A DNA stretch of 64,000 nt from NCBI GenBank assembly GCA_022560695.1, contig JADFSP010000005.1, positions 296 to 64,295 on the forward strand. The letters run 5' to 3'. Position numbers and translations under genes: made by a program. The notes under the pieces are model-generated. The model ran no database searches and was not told the DNA's origin. It saw only the letters and a list, made by a program, of their open reading frames with translations. The DNA comes from Pseudomonadota bacterium. GTDB lineage: Bacteria; Pseudomonadota; Gammaproteobacteria; Steroidobacterales; Woeseiaceae. This document shows positions 9,187 through 16,864 of this stretch, piece by piece (the first letter of the stretch is position 1; every line of letters starts with the position of its first letter).

Positions 9187-10142
9187 CGAACCAGAATGGT
9201 CTGCGGGTGAAACGTAAACCAGGCAAACCAGAACAAACGAATTGGCGCGTAGCGTTCGCCGGAGCTACCGTCCTCGAGGCTCACCGAGCCGTCGTCTTTT
9301 AACGTAACTGTCAGCGTGCGACCGCTTTGCTCATAGGCGTAGCTGCCGTGTTTCTGCAACAGCGACTCAGTGAACGCGACCGGCTGCCCAGAGAGCTCAA
9401 ATCCGTAAACAACAGTCTTGGGCGGTATGCGGTCGTCTTCGCGCATGACCGGAAACATGGTTGCCGTGGACCGGCGGTAACTGGCGTATGGATCGCTGGC
9501 GTAGTCCTTGTCAAAGCCCGTGTCCGTGGACAACACGAGCGTGTCGGGATGCGCCGTGCGCCAGCGCGACCAGCGCGTTGTCGTTACCGGGATAAGCTTG
9601 AGCTTCGTGCCCGTCATCGGACCGACGATGCCGGTAGCCTCGATCTGGTCCCAGAGCGTTTCCGTCGCCCGGTCGTAGAGTACGAGATCGCTGTTGTAGA
9701 GCACGCCGGACACGCCAAATTCGGTAACCCGGCTGCCGATATCGCGATGAATGGCGACGCCGGAGCCACACAGGGGACACCACGTAATCGCTATCGGCGT
9801 TCCCGCGATCGTGTCGTTAACGATCTCGTGGTGATCGAGGATGCGCGACGGATAAGCGCGATGCTCGCCTTTCCAGGAGATGGCGATAACGACATCGTCG
9901 TCCACAATGTGGCTCGCGCTGTCCGCGTCAACAAACTTCGGATTGTCGATCGACGGTATGCAATCGCGAGCCGGGCAGCCCTGATGCAGGTCGGCGAGGG
10001 CAACGCTCTTCGCCGTCGTCTCATCGAAGCCGAAGGTCTCGCCAAGGATATCGACTTCAAAGGTGCGCTGCGCCAGGGACGCACCCGCCACAACGACAGC
10101 GGCGGCGCCGGCAATTACGCCGGCAAAGGTGCGGTGGTTCAT
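9183..10142 (-). CDS. DUF3179 domain protein (secreted)
   Basis: Signal peptide. ITWCPLCGSGVAIHR and the surrounding pattern are typical of DUF3179. Confidence 0.65.
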   Translation of the reverse strand: MNHRTFAGVIAGAAAVVVAGASLAQRTFEVDILGETFGFDETTAKSVALADLHQGCPARDCIPSIDNPKFVDADSASHIVDDDVVIAISWKGEHRAYPSRILDHHEIVNDTIAGTPIAITWCPLCGSGVAIHRDIGSRVTEFGVSGVLYNSDLVLYDRATETLWDQIEATGIVGPMTGTKLKLIPVTTTRWSRWRTAHPDTLVLSTDTGFDKDYASDPYASYRRSTATMFPVMREDDRIPPKTVVYGFELSGQPVAFTESLLQKHGSYAYEQSGRTLTVTLKDDGSVSLEDGSSGERYAPIRLFWFAWFTFHPQTILVR

Positions 10143-10145
10143 CGA

Positions 10146-11135
10146 TTACTCTCCATCGTGTTCCGATTTGAGCTCGCGGCGCATCAGCGCACCGACAGCG
10201 TCTCGCGGAGATACGCCTTGATAGAGTATGCGATAGACCTGGCGACATATCGGCATTTCGATCTGCATCTCGTCGGCGACCTCCTTGACCGCTTCGGCCG
10301 CCATGACGCCCTCGACAACCTGCCGGATTTCGCGTTGAGCTTCGTCCACCGTTTGGCCGCCCGCGAGCGCGAGCCCCATGCGGCGATTACGGGACAAGTT
10401 GTCGGTACAGGTCAGCACGAGGTCGCCCATGCCCGCAAGACCCATGAACGTTTCCTTCCTGGCGCCGACGGCTACTCCGAGGCGGGTCATTTCCACGAGC
10501 CCGCGCGTGATCAGCGCGATTCGTGTATTGGCGCCGAAGCCGAGCCCATCCGACATGCCGGCGCCGATTGCCAGCACATTTTTCACGGCGCCACCGACCT
10601 CGACGCCGATCATGTCATCCGATGTATAGGCGCGGAAGTTGTCGCCCGACAACGCGACCGCGAGGTCTTGCGCCAGTTCGGGGTCATTTGCGGCGATGGT
10701 CAACGCGGTCGGCAGCCCCGCACCGACTTCCTCGGCGAACGTCGGGCCCGACAATACGGCCATTGGCCGTTCTCCACCGAGCACATCGGCCGCGACCTGG
10801 TGTGGCAGCATTCCGGTGTGCAGCTCGAAGCCCTTGGTCGCCCAGCTGACACGCGAAGCAGCGGACAGCCACGGGCTGACAGCCGTCAGTGTCTCGCGCA
10901 AGCCATGGCTCGGCACGGCGATCAACATGTCGCGCACACCGTTCAGACATTGTTCGAGATCGGTGGCGACAACGAGGTGGGACGGAAAATCCACGCCGGG
11001 CAGGTATCGGGAATTGACGCCGTCGCGCGTCATGGCTTCGAGCTGTGCCCGGTCTCGCCCCCAAAGTCTCACTTCGCGACCGCTGCGCGCGAACTGCAGT
11101 GCCAGCGCAGTTCCCCAGGAGCCCGCGCCGATCAC
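10146..11135 (-). CDS. gpsA: NAD(P)H-dependent glycerol-3-phosphate dehydrogenase
   Basis: VIGAGSWGTALA Rossmann motif and full-length GpsA similarity. GTG at 11135 is chosen because the longer ORF would overlap secB by about 170 nt. The start is uncertain. Confidence 0.85.
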   Translation of the reverse strand: MIGAGSWGTALALQFARSGREVRLWGRDRAQLEAMTRDGVNSRYLPGVDFPSHLVVATDLEQCLNGVRDMLIAVPSHGLRETLTAVSPWLSAASRVSWATKGFELHTGMLPHQVAADVLGGERPMAVLSGPTFAEEVGAGLPTALTIAANDPELAQDLAVALSGDNFRAYTSDDMIGVEVGGAVKNVLAIGAGMSDGLGFGANTRIALITRGLVEMTRLGVAVGARKETFMGLAGMGDLVLTCTDNLSRNRRMGLALAGGQTVDEAQREIRQVVEGVMAAEAVKEVADEMQIEMPICRQVYRILYQGVSPRDAVGALMRRELKSEHDGE

Positions 11136-11164
11136 AGCGATTGCCGGTGAAGAATCGATCTTTA

Positions 11165-11650
11165 TCAGTGCGTCTCCGGCTTGGTGCCATCGCCCTTTTG
11201 CTGCTGTTGCTGCAGGGACTGCATGTACAAGGCGTCGAAGTTGATCGGCTGCAGCACAAACTCGGGAAAACCGCCCTTCTGGATAATGCCGGCAATCGAT
11301 TCGCGCGCATACGGAAACAGGATGTTGGGGCAAAAACTTCCTATCAAAGCGCCGAACTCTTCCCGGCTGAAGCCGCCTATCTCAAACAGGCCGGCCTGAT
11401 GCAGCTCGACCAGAAACAGCGTCTTCTTTTTCTCGCTGTCCTTGGCCTCGACTGAAATTGTCAACACGACTTCGTGATGCTTGTCGTCAACCGCGGTATG
11501 GGCGCTACGCATGTTCAAGCTCGTTTGCGGAGCCCAGTCGCTCTCCTTGAACACCTGGGGAGCCAAGGGCGATTCGAAGGAAAAGTCCTTGAGGTAAATT
11601 TTCATGATCGCGAGGCGCTTCTCGGAGTCACCCTGGTCTTTTTCTGCCAT
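11165..11650 (-). CDS. secB: protein-export chaperone SecB
   Basis: 161 aa; IYLKDFSFESP...CPNILFPYARE motifs and an acidic/Q-rich tail. Confidence 0.9.
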   Translation of the reverse strand: MAEKDQGDSEKRLAIMKIYLKDFSFESPLAPQVFKESDWAPQTSLNMRSAHTAVDDKHHEVVLTISVEAKDSEKKKTLFLVELHQAGLFEIGGFSREEFGALIGSFCPNILFPYARESIAGIIQKGGFPEFVLQPINFDALYMQSLQQQQQKGDGTKPETH

Positions 11651-11684
11651 TTCAATTTCCTGTTTTCAAAAGGAGCCCGCTCAA

Positions 11685-11948
11685 TCAGTCCTCGGCGAGC
11701 AATTTGTCCAATTCTCCGCTCACGTCGAGCGCAGAGAGATCATCGAAGCCGCCAACGTGAGTATCGCCGATGAATATTTGCGGCACCGACCGGCGGCCGC
11801 TTAGTCGCTGCATTTCGGCGCGTCGCTGCGGATCGGCAGAGACCGAGATGTCTTCAAATTCTATGCCTCTTCGCGTCAACAACATGCGCGCTGCCATGCA
11901 ATAGGCGCAGCCGTCATTGCCGTAAATTTTCACTGTCGCGCTGCTCAC
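11685..11948 (-). CDS. grxC: glutaredoxin 3
   Basis: 87 aa; CAYC active site, SVPQIFIG and GGFDDL. Confidence 0.9.
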   Translation of the reverse strand: MSSATVKIYGNDGCAYCMAARMLLTRRGIEFEDISVSADPQRRAEMQRLSGRRSVPQIFIGDTHVGGFDDLSALDVSGELDKLLAED

Positions 11949-11964
11949 CGGTACTCCGTGGTGC

Positions 11965-12408
11965 TTACTTCTTGCTCTTGGTCTTTTTTCCGGTGACGAC
12001 CGGAAGACCGGCCTGACTCCAGGCCGTCATGCCACCCTTGAGGCCATAGACGCTCTTGAAGCCGGAGTTGCGCAGTGAATTGGCCGCCTTCGTCGAGGTC
12101 ACGCCCGTCTCGCAGACGGTCACTATCGGCTTTTTGGCGAGCTTGCTGACCTGGTCCATGCGCGCGTCGAGCTCGTCGTAAGGGATGTGCCTGGCGCTCA
12201 CGATGTGGCCACGTGCAAATGCTTCGGCGCTGCGCAAGTCGATGACCGTGGCATCCTTGTTGATCAACGCGACCGCAGCGGTCGGCTCAACGGCCACGAC
12301 GCTGCGCGCTTTGCGCCGTAACTCAGTGATGATCAGCACAAAAAAGCTGACCAGCAGGGCAAACACCAGCAACGTGTGATTGCCCGCGAACTCGAGATAT
12401 TTATCCAT
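11965..12408 (-). CDS. membrane-anchored rhodanese-domain protein (YibN-like)
   Basis: N-terminal TM helix plus a rhodanese fold with a CETG active-site loop. Sits in the conserved yibN-grxC-secB-gpsA order. Confidence 0.8.
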   Translation of the reverse strand: MDKYLEFAGNHTLLVFALLVSFFVLIITELRRKARSVVAVEPTAAVALINKDATVIDLRSAEAFARGHIVSARHIPYDELDARMDQVSKLAKKPIVTVCETGVTSTKAANSLRNSGFKSVYGLKGGMTAWSQAGLPVVTGKKTKSKK

Positions 12409-12565
12409 GAATCAACATAAGTGGCGCCGAGGAGGGGCGCCGTGGTGGCGGCAAAGGCGGCAGTATAGCAGCGTGTCCGGCCGGAACTACCCCGATGCGA
12501 GCGGCCGCGACGGAAGTTGCCGCAACAATTCTCCACCGGGTGCAAACCCACTACACTGTGCGGCC

Positions 12566-13735
12566 ATGAGAAGGCCTGCATTCTGTTTGCTCGTGCTGGT
12601 TGCGGTGCAGTCGCCGACGCCTTTGGCATCCGGGGCGGAGGCCGACGGCGAGCTCGCCAAAGTCAGGGAGCTTGAACTCGCGGAGGTCCGTGAGCGCATT
12701 AGCGAGCTCAAGAAAAGCATGGATGCGAGGGCCGCGGATCGTGATCGACTGACGGCCGAGCTTCAGAACGCTGAGATCGAGATTTCCGGAAAGCGCATCC
12801 GGCTCAGGGAAATCGAGCGCGAGCGCCAGTACACCGCAAGGCGCAAGGTTGACCTTGATGCAGAGATGACCGAGAGAGCGGCCGCGCTTGATGAAGAGTC
12901 AACCGAGCTGGCGGCGCAGGTCCGCGCGGCGTACATGAGCGGTAGCCATGAAAAAATAAGGATGCTGCTGAATCAGGACGACCCCGCAACTCTGGGTCGC
13001 CTGATCAGCTATTACGCGTACCTCAACCAGTATCGCGCCAGAAACATCGAGACAGTGTCGGCTCGTATCCGCGAGCTGGTGCAACTGCAGGGCCGCGTGG
13101 TGGCCGAGGAGGCCCGACTTTCCGACATTCGTTCGCGGCGGCAGGTGGAGCTGACAAGAGTCAGCACGGCGCAGGAGCGGCGGCAGCAATTGCTGGCCAG
13201 GCTGAACAGCAAGATTGCCGACGAGGGCACCGAAATCGATCGTCTGGCGGCACAGGAAAAGGACCTTGCGCGCCTGATTTCCGAGCTGACGAGCATCCTG
13301 TCGGATTACCCGATCAGCTCCGAAAACCCTTTCAGCGAACATCGCGGCCAACTTACATGGCCCGTCGCCGGTACCTTACTGCACGATTTCGGTCAGCCGC
13401 GTGTCGGTGGAAAGTTGAAATGGAATGGTGTTGTGCTGGCGGCGCCGCGGGGCCGCGAGGTGCGCTCCGTATACCACGGACGCGTGGTATTTGCAGACTG
13501 GCTTGCCGGCATGGGTCTGTTGGTTATCGTCGAACACGGCGAGGGCTATATGACGCTTTATGGCTATAACGAGACGATACTCAAGAATACCGGCGATTGG
13601 GTCGCGCCCGGCGACGTTATTGCGACGGTCGGCGACAGCGGCGGACAGACACAAGCCGGTCTCTATTTCGAGGTGCGTCATGGCACGGCCCCCGTGGATC
13701 CGAATCGTTGGGTCACGCGCCGCCCCGGCGGCTAA
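12566..13735 (+). CDS. envC: murein hydrolase activator EnvC (coiled-coil + LytM/M23 domain)
   Basis: Signal peptide from the ATG at 12566, a long coiled-coil, and a C-terminal M23-like domain (GYMTLYGYNETILKNTGDWV..GD.IATVG). Confidence 0.85.
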   Translation: MRRPAFCLLVLVAVQSPTPLASGAEADGELAKVRELELAEVRERISELKKSMDARAADRDRLTAELQNAEIEISGKRIRLREIERERQYTARRKVDLDAEMTERAAALDEESTELAAQVRAAYMSGSHEKIRMLLNQDDPATLGRLISYYAYLNQYRARNIETVSARIRELVQLQGRVVAEEARLSDIRSRRQVELTRVSTAQERRQQLLARLNSKIADEGTEIDRLAAQEKDLARLISELTSILSDYPISSENPFSEHRGQLTWPVAGTLLHDFGQPRVGGKLKWNGVVLAAPRGREVRSVYHGRVVFADWLAGMGLLVIVEHGEGYMTLYGYNETILKNTGDWVAPGDVIATVGDSGGQTQAGLYFEVRHGTAPVDPNRWVTRRPGG

Positions 13736-13737
13736 GG

Positions 13738-13825
13738 AAAAAGTGGGGTCGAACCGAAGTTTTTGGCAAGAACTGGTGATTAAAAAACTCCATCGAACAA
13801 AAACTTCGGTTCGACCCCACTTTTT
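13738..13825. repeat. REP-like palindrome (family A): 27-bp arms AAAAAGTGGGGTCGAACCGAAGTTTTT
   Basis: The left arm 13738-13764 is perfectly complementary to 13800-13825. Between envC and ctp. Confidence 0.9.
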
Positions 13826-13921
13826 CAACCGTGACGGCCGTGCATAGGCGCATAATCGCCGCTGTGCTATCGTCGAGTGACACGTCCGGGCGGCCGTCGG
13901 GGCGGGGTACTGGAGATGTGT

Positions 13922-15142
13922 ATGTCATTGAAGACCAGAGCAATTCTGGTTGTTGTTATCGGCATGGTCATGGGACTCAGCCTTTCGATTGGCGGGGGAC
14001 TTCTGTCACGGGCGGACAGGCCCGATGCCGATGAACTGGCCTGGGAGCAGGCACGGCTGTTCGCCGAGGTCATGGCGCGGGTCAAGCAGGAGTACATCGA
14101 GCCGATCGATGATAACGAGCTTCTCGAAAGCGCCATTCGCGGCATGATTAACAATCTCGACGCGCACTCCCAATATCTCGACGCGGACGAATATCGCGAC
14201 ATCCGCATCAGCACAACAGGCAATTATTCGGGCGTCGGAATCGAAGTCGGTCAGGTTGACGGCGCCATCAGGGTCATTACACCGATTGCCGGTTCGCCCG
14301 CCGCGCGTTCCGGCATGCGCAGCGGCGACCAGATCATCGCGGTCGATGGCGTATCGGTCGAAGAAAGCAATATTCACGACATCGTCGACCGCATGCGCGG
14401 CCGGCCAGGGTCGAAAATCAGCATCACAGTCCTGCGTGACGGCGACGCGATCATCCATGACATGCGTCGAGAGATCATACGCGTCGCGAGCGTGCACTAC
14501 GAAATTTTGAGCCCGTCGTTCGGCTATGTCCGCCTGAGCCAGTTCAGCGAGGCGACGGCCCGTGAATTGAGCCGGGCGATCGACGCCATGCAGGACACGA
14601 ACGACGGCATGCTCGATGGCCTCATCCTGGACTTGCGTAACAATCCGGGCGGCGTGCTCGATGCAGCCGTCGATGTATCGGATCTGTTTCTGGACAGCGG
14701 CATCATTGTCACGGCGGATGGGCGCACAAGCGATGCGAGATTTACGCGGTCAGCGCATCGAGGTGACGTCCTGGATGGCGCTGAGCTCGTCATCCTTGTT
14801 AACAAGGGTTCGGCATCGGCCTCTGAAATTGTTGCCGGCGCGCTGCAGGATCATGGCCGCGCTGTCGTTATCGGTACCACGACATTCGGCAAGGGCCTCG
14901 TGCAAACCGTAATGCCGTTATCGCAGGGGCGTGCGATCAAGTTGACGACGTCCCGATACTACACTCCGTCGGGCGACTCCATTCACGAGACGGGAATAAC
15001 ACCTGACGTCTATGTCGAAGGCACGCCGGGCCATCCGGACCTGAGCTTGGGTGCTCAAATCGATCGGGAAAATGATGCGCAGCTAATCGAGGCGCTGGCC
15101 CGCCTGCAGCGGCGGCGCGTAATGCACAGTAACGCGCAATGA
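13922..15142 (+). CDS. ctpA: S41 carboxy-terminal processing protease (PDZ domain)
   Basis: PDZ segment (GIEVG..DG.IRVITPIAGSPAARSGMRSGDQI) and the S41 catalytic region (LVNKGSASASEIVAGALQD...TFGKGLVQ). Start may be 13916 or 13922. Confidence 0.9.
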   Translation: MSLKTRAILVVVIGMVMGLSLSIGGGLLSRADRPDADELAWEQARLFAEVMARVKQEYIEPIDDNELLESAIRGMINNLDAHSQYLDADEYRDIRISTTGNYSGVGIEVGQVDGAIRVITPIAGSPAARSGMRSGDQIIAVDGVSVEESNIHDIVDRMRGRPGSKISITVLRDGDAIIHDMRREIIRVASVHYEILSPSFGYVRLSQFSEATARELSRAIDAMQDTNDGMLDGLILDLRNNPGGVLDAAVDVSDLFLDSGIIVTADGRTSDARFTRSAHRGDVLDGAELVILVNKGSASASEIVAGALQDHGRAVVIGTTTFGKGLVQTVMPLSQGRAIKLTTSRYYTPSGDSIHETGITPDVYVEGTPGHPDLSLGAQIDRENDAQLIEALARLQRRRVMHSNAQ

Positions 15143-15966
15143 TGCCGGGCGTATTCCACCTCGCAGTGGTCCTGCTGTTGTTCGTGTCGCAATGCCTGGC
15201 GGAGTCGCCGCCGCGCATCGCAATTATCATCGATGATCTCGGTTACCAGCTCGATGCGGGTCGACGTGTCATCGATCTGCCGGGACCCGTTGTCTGTGCC
15301 ATCCTGCCCGGGACACCGCGCGCCAGGCAACTGGCAAAACGTGCACACGACAATGGCAAGGAAGTGTTGTTGCATCTGCCCTTGCAGGCGATCGAGCACA
15401 GTGGGCCGCCGGAGCCTGGCGGCATTACCCTCGATATGAGCCGGGAACGTTTTGCGGCGGTGTTTGCCGAAGCGATCGAGTCCGTCCCGTATGCGGCGGG
15501 CGTCAACAGCCACCGCGGCAGCCTGTTGACGCGCCATCCCGGGCACATGCTCTGGCTCATGGAGGATATCCGCGCGCATGAGGGGCTGTTCTTTGTCGAC
15601 AGCTACACGACGCACGCAAGCGTTGCCTTGAGAATCGCGGCGGAAACCGGCGTCGGGGCATTGAAACGGGATGTTTTTCTGGACGCGGACCCCGCGCCGG
15701 AGGCGATTCGGCGAGAACTGGAGCGCCTTAAGGCCATAGCCACCCAGCGCGGTCACGCCATTGCGATTGCGCATCCCTACACGGCGACGCTGGAGATTCT
15801 GGAGTATGAACTGCCGCGGCTGCGAGCCGCGGGATTCGAGCTCGTGCCGGTCAGTGAACTGATCGATGCACCAGCTTCGTCAGCCGACATGGCTTCCGCA
15901 GGAAAATCGGTGAACCGTAGCGGACCGGGCGACTCAAAGACAAAAAGCAGCGTGAGAGGGACATGA
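15139..15966 (+). CDS. yibQ: divergent polysaccharide deacetylase family protein (YibQ)
   Basis: IAIIIDDLGY...LLHLPLQ...GVNSHRGS pattern. Overlaps the ctp stop. Confidence 0.8.
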   Translation: MMPGVFHLAVVLLLFVSQCLAESPPRIAIIIDDLGYQLDAGRRVIDLPGPVVCAILPGTPRARQLAKRAHDNGKEVLLHLPLQAIEHSGPPEPGGITLDMSRERFAAVFAEAIESVPYAAGVNSHRGSLLTRHPGHMLWLMEDIRAHEGLFFVDSYTTHASVALRIAAETGVGALKRDVFLDADPAPEAIRRELERLKAIATQRGHAIAIAHPYTATLEILEYELPRLRAAGFELVPVSELIDAPASSADMASAGKSVNRSGPGDSKTKSSVRGT

Positions 15967-16829
15967 TCAGTAGATTGTCAGTGACAATAAAGGCCGCCTG
16001 TATCCTGATGCCAATCGTATTTGGGTCGGCAGTGAGCCTCGCCGGGGACGATGGTGTCAAAACGTTGTTTACAAACGACCGCGGAACGAGCGTTGCGCAG
16101 GAGGACGGGATTGCCTGCACGATGCAATACAGTCCCGTTTGCGGCGTCGATGGCCAGACATACAGTAACGAGTGTGTCGCAGGCGCCGCCGGGGTGGAGG
16201 TGGCCAGGCAGGGAATTTGCGCGAACACCAGCAATGGTTGCCCGGAGGACCTGGATCCGGTTTGCGGCGTCGACGGCAATACCTACATCAACGAATGTTT
16301 TGCAGGCAAGTCGGGCATCGAGATCGCAGGCCTCGGCGCCTGCACGCCACGTGGTTGCCCGAGCGTCCGTGATCCGGTTTGCGGCATGAACGGCCGCACT
16401 TACATCAATCGTTGCGAGGCAAACGCCGAACGCATCCCGGTACAGCGCCACAGCAATTGCGATATTGGGAATTGCCCGAAAGTGTTCGCCCCGGTGTGCG
16501 GCGATGACGGCGAGAGTTATGACAACGCCTGCTACGCCGACAAGGCCAGTGTTGCGACGTTCACCGAGGGCATGTGCAATCAGCGCCGATGCCCTGCTCT
16601 GTTTGTTCCGGTCTGCGGATCCGACAGCGTAACCTACGGCAATGCCTGCTACGCCGAACGGCGCGGTATCCGCATAGACTATGCGGGTGTCTGTGAAGAT
16701 CAGGGACGCAACTGTCCGCGAGCCTATCTGCCCGTTTGCGGCATGGACGGCGTTACCTATGACAACGACTGTCAGCTGGGCAACGCCGGCGTCACGAAAG
16801 CCTATGCCGGCAGTTGCCTGGGCGACTAG
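15963..16829 (+). CDS. secreted protein with six tandem Kazal-like serine-protease-inhibitor domains
   Basis: Signal peptide, then six repeats of C-x7-C-x10-C-x14-C with a PVCG.DG.TY.N.C core (aa 52-86, 93-127, 132-166, 171-205, 210-244, 251-285). The ATGA start overlaps the yibQ stop. Confidence 0.85.
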   Translation: MISRLSVTIKAACILMPIVFGSAVSLAGDDGVKTLFTNDRGTSVAQEDGIACTMQYSPVCGVDGQTYSNECVAGAAGVEVARQGICANTSNGCPEDLDPVCGVDGNTYINECFAGKSGIEIAGLGACTPRGCPSVRDPVCGMNGRTYINRCEANAERIPVQRHSNCDIGNCPKVFAPVCGDDGESYDNACYADKASVATFTEGMCNQRRCPALFVPVCGSDSVTYGNACYAERRGIRIDYAGVCEDQGRNCPRAYLPVCGMDGVTYDNDCQLGNAGVTKAYAGSCLGD

Positions 16830-16834
16830 CGAAA

Positions 16835-16862
16835 AGAAAAACTGCGGTTCGACCCCTTTTCC
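16835..16862. repeat. solo arm of REP family A
   Basis: aaaaactgcggttcgacccctttt matches the right arm of the 13.8, 38.2 and 56.1 kb palindromes. No partner arm is visible. Confidence 0.7.
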
Positions 16863-16864
16863 GA

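Noticed and set aside
9327-11150. 607-aa ORF on the plus strand, the longest unexplained ORF in the track
   Set aside because: It is antisense to two well-supported genes (DUF3179 protein and gpsA). It has an Arg/Ala/Gly/His-rich composition and no recognisable motif. This is typical of stop-poor antisense frames in high-GC DNA.
13738-13825. tRNA-like GGTTCGACCCC / GGGTCGAACC strings here and at 16.8, 38.2 and 56.1 kb as possible tRNA genes or fragments
   Set aside because: No acceptor, D or anticodon arms can be drawn around them. They are simple long palindromes with A/T-run flanks, so they are annotated as REP-type repeats.
16116-16817. ~120-bp periodicity at the DNA level as a possible CRISPR or other non-coding tandem array
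   Set aside because: The repeats are diverged at the nucleotide level, in frame, and encode the six Kazal-like domains. There are no spacer/repeat alternation and no cas genes.
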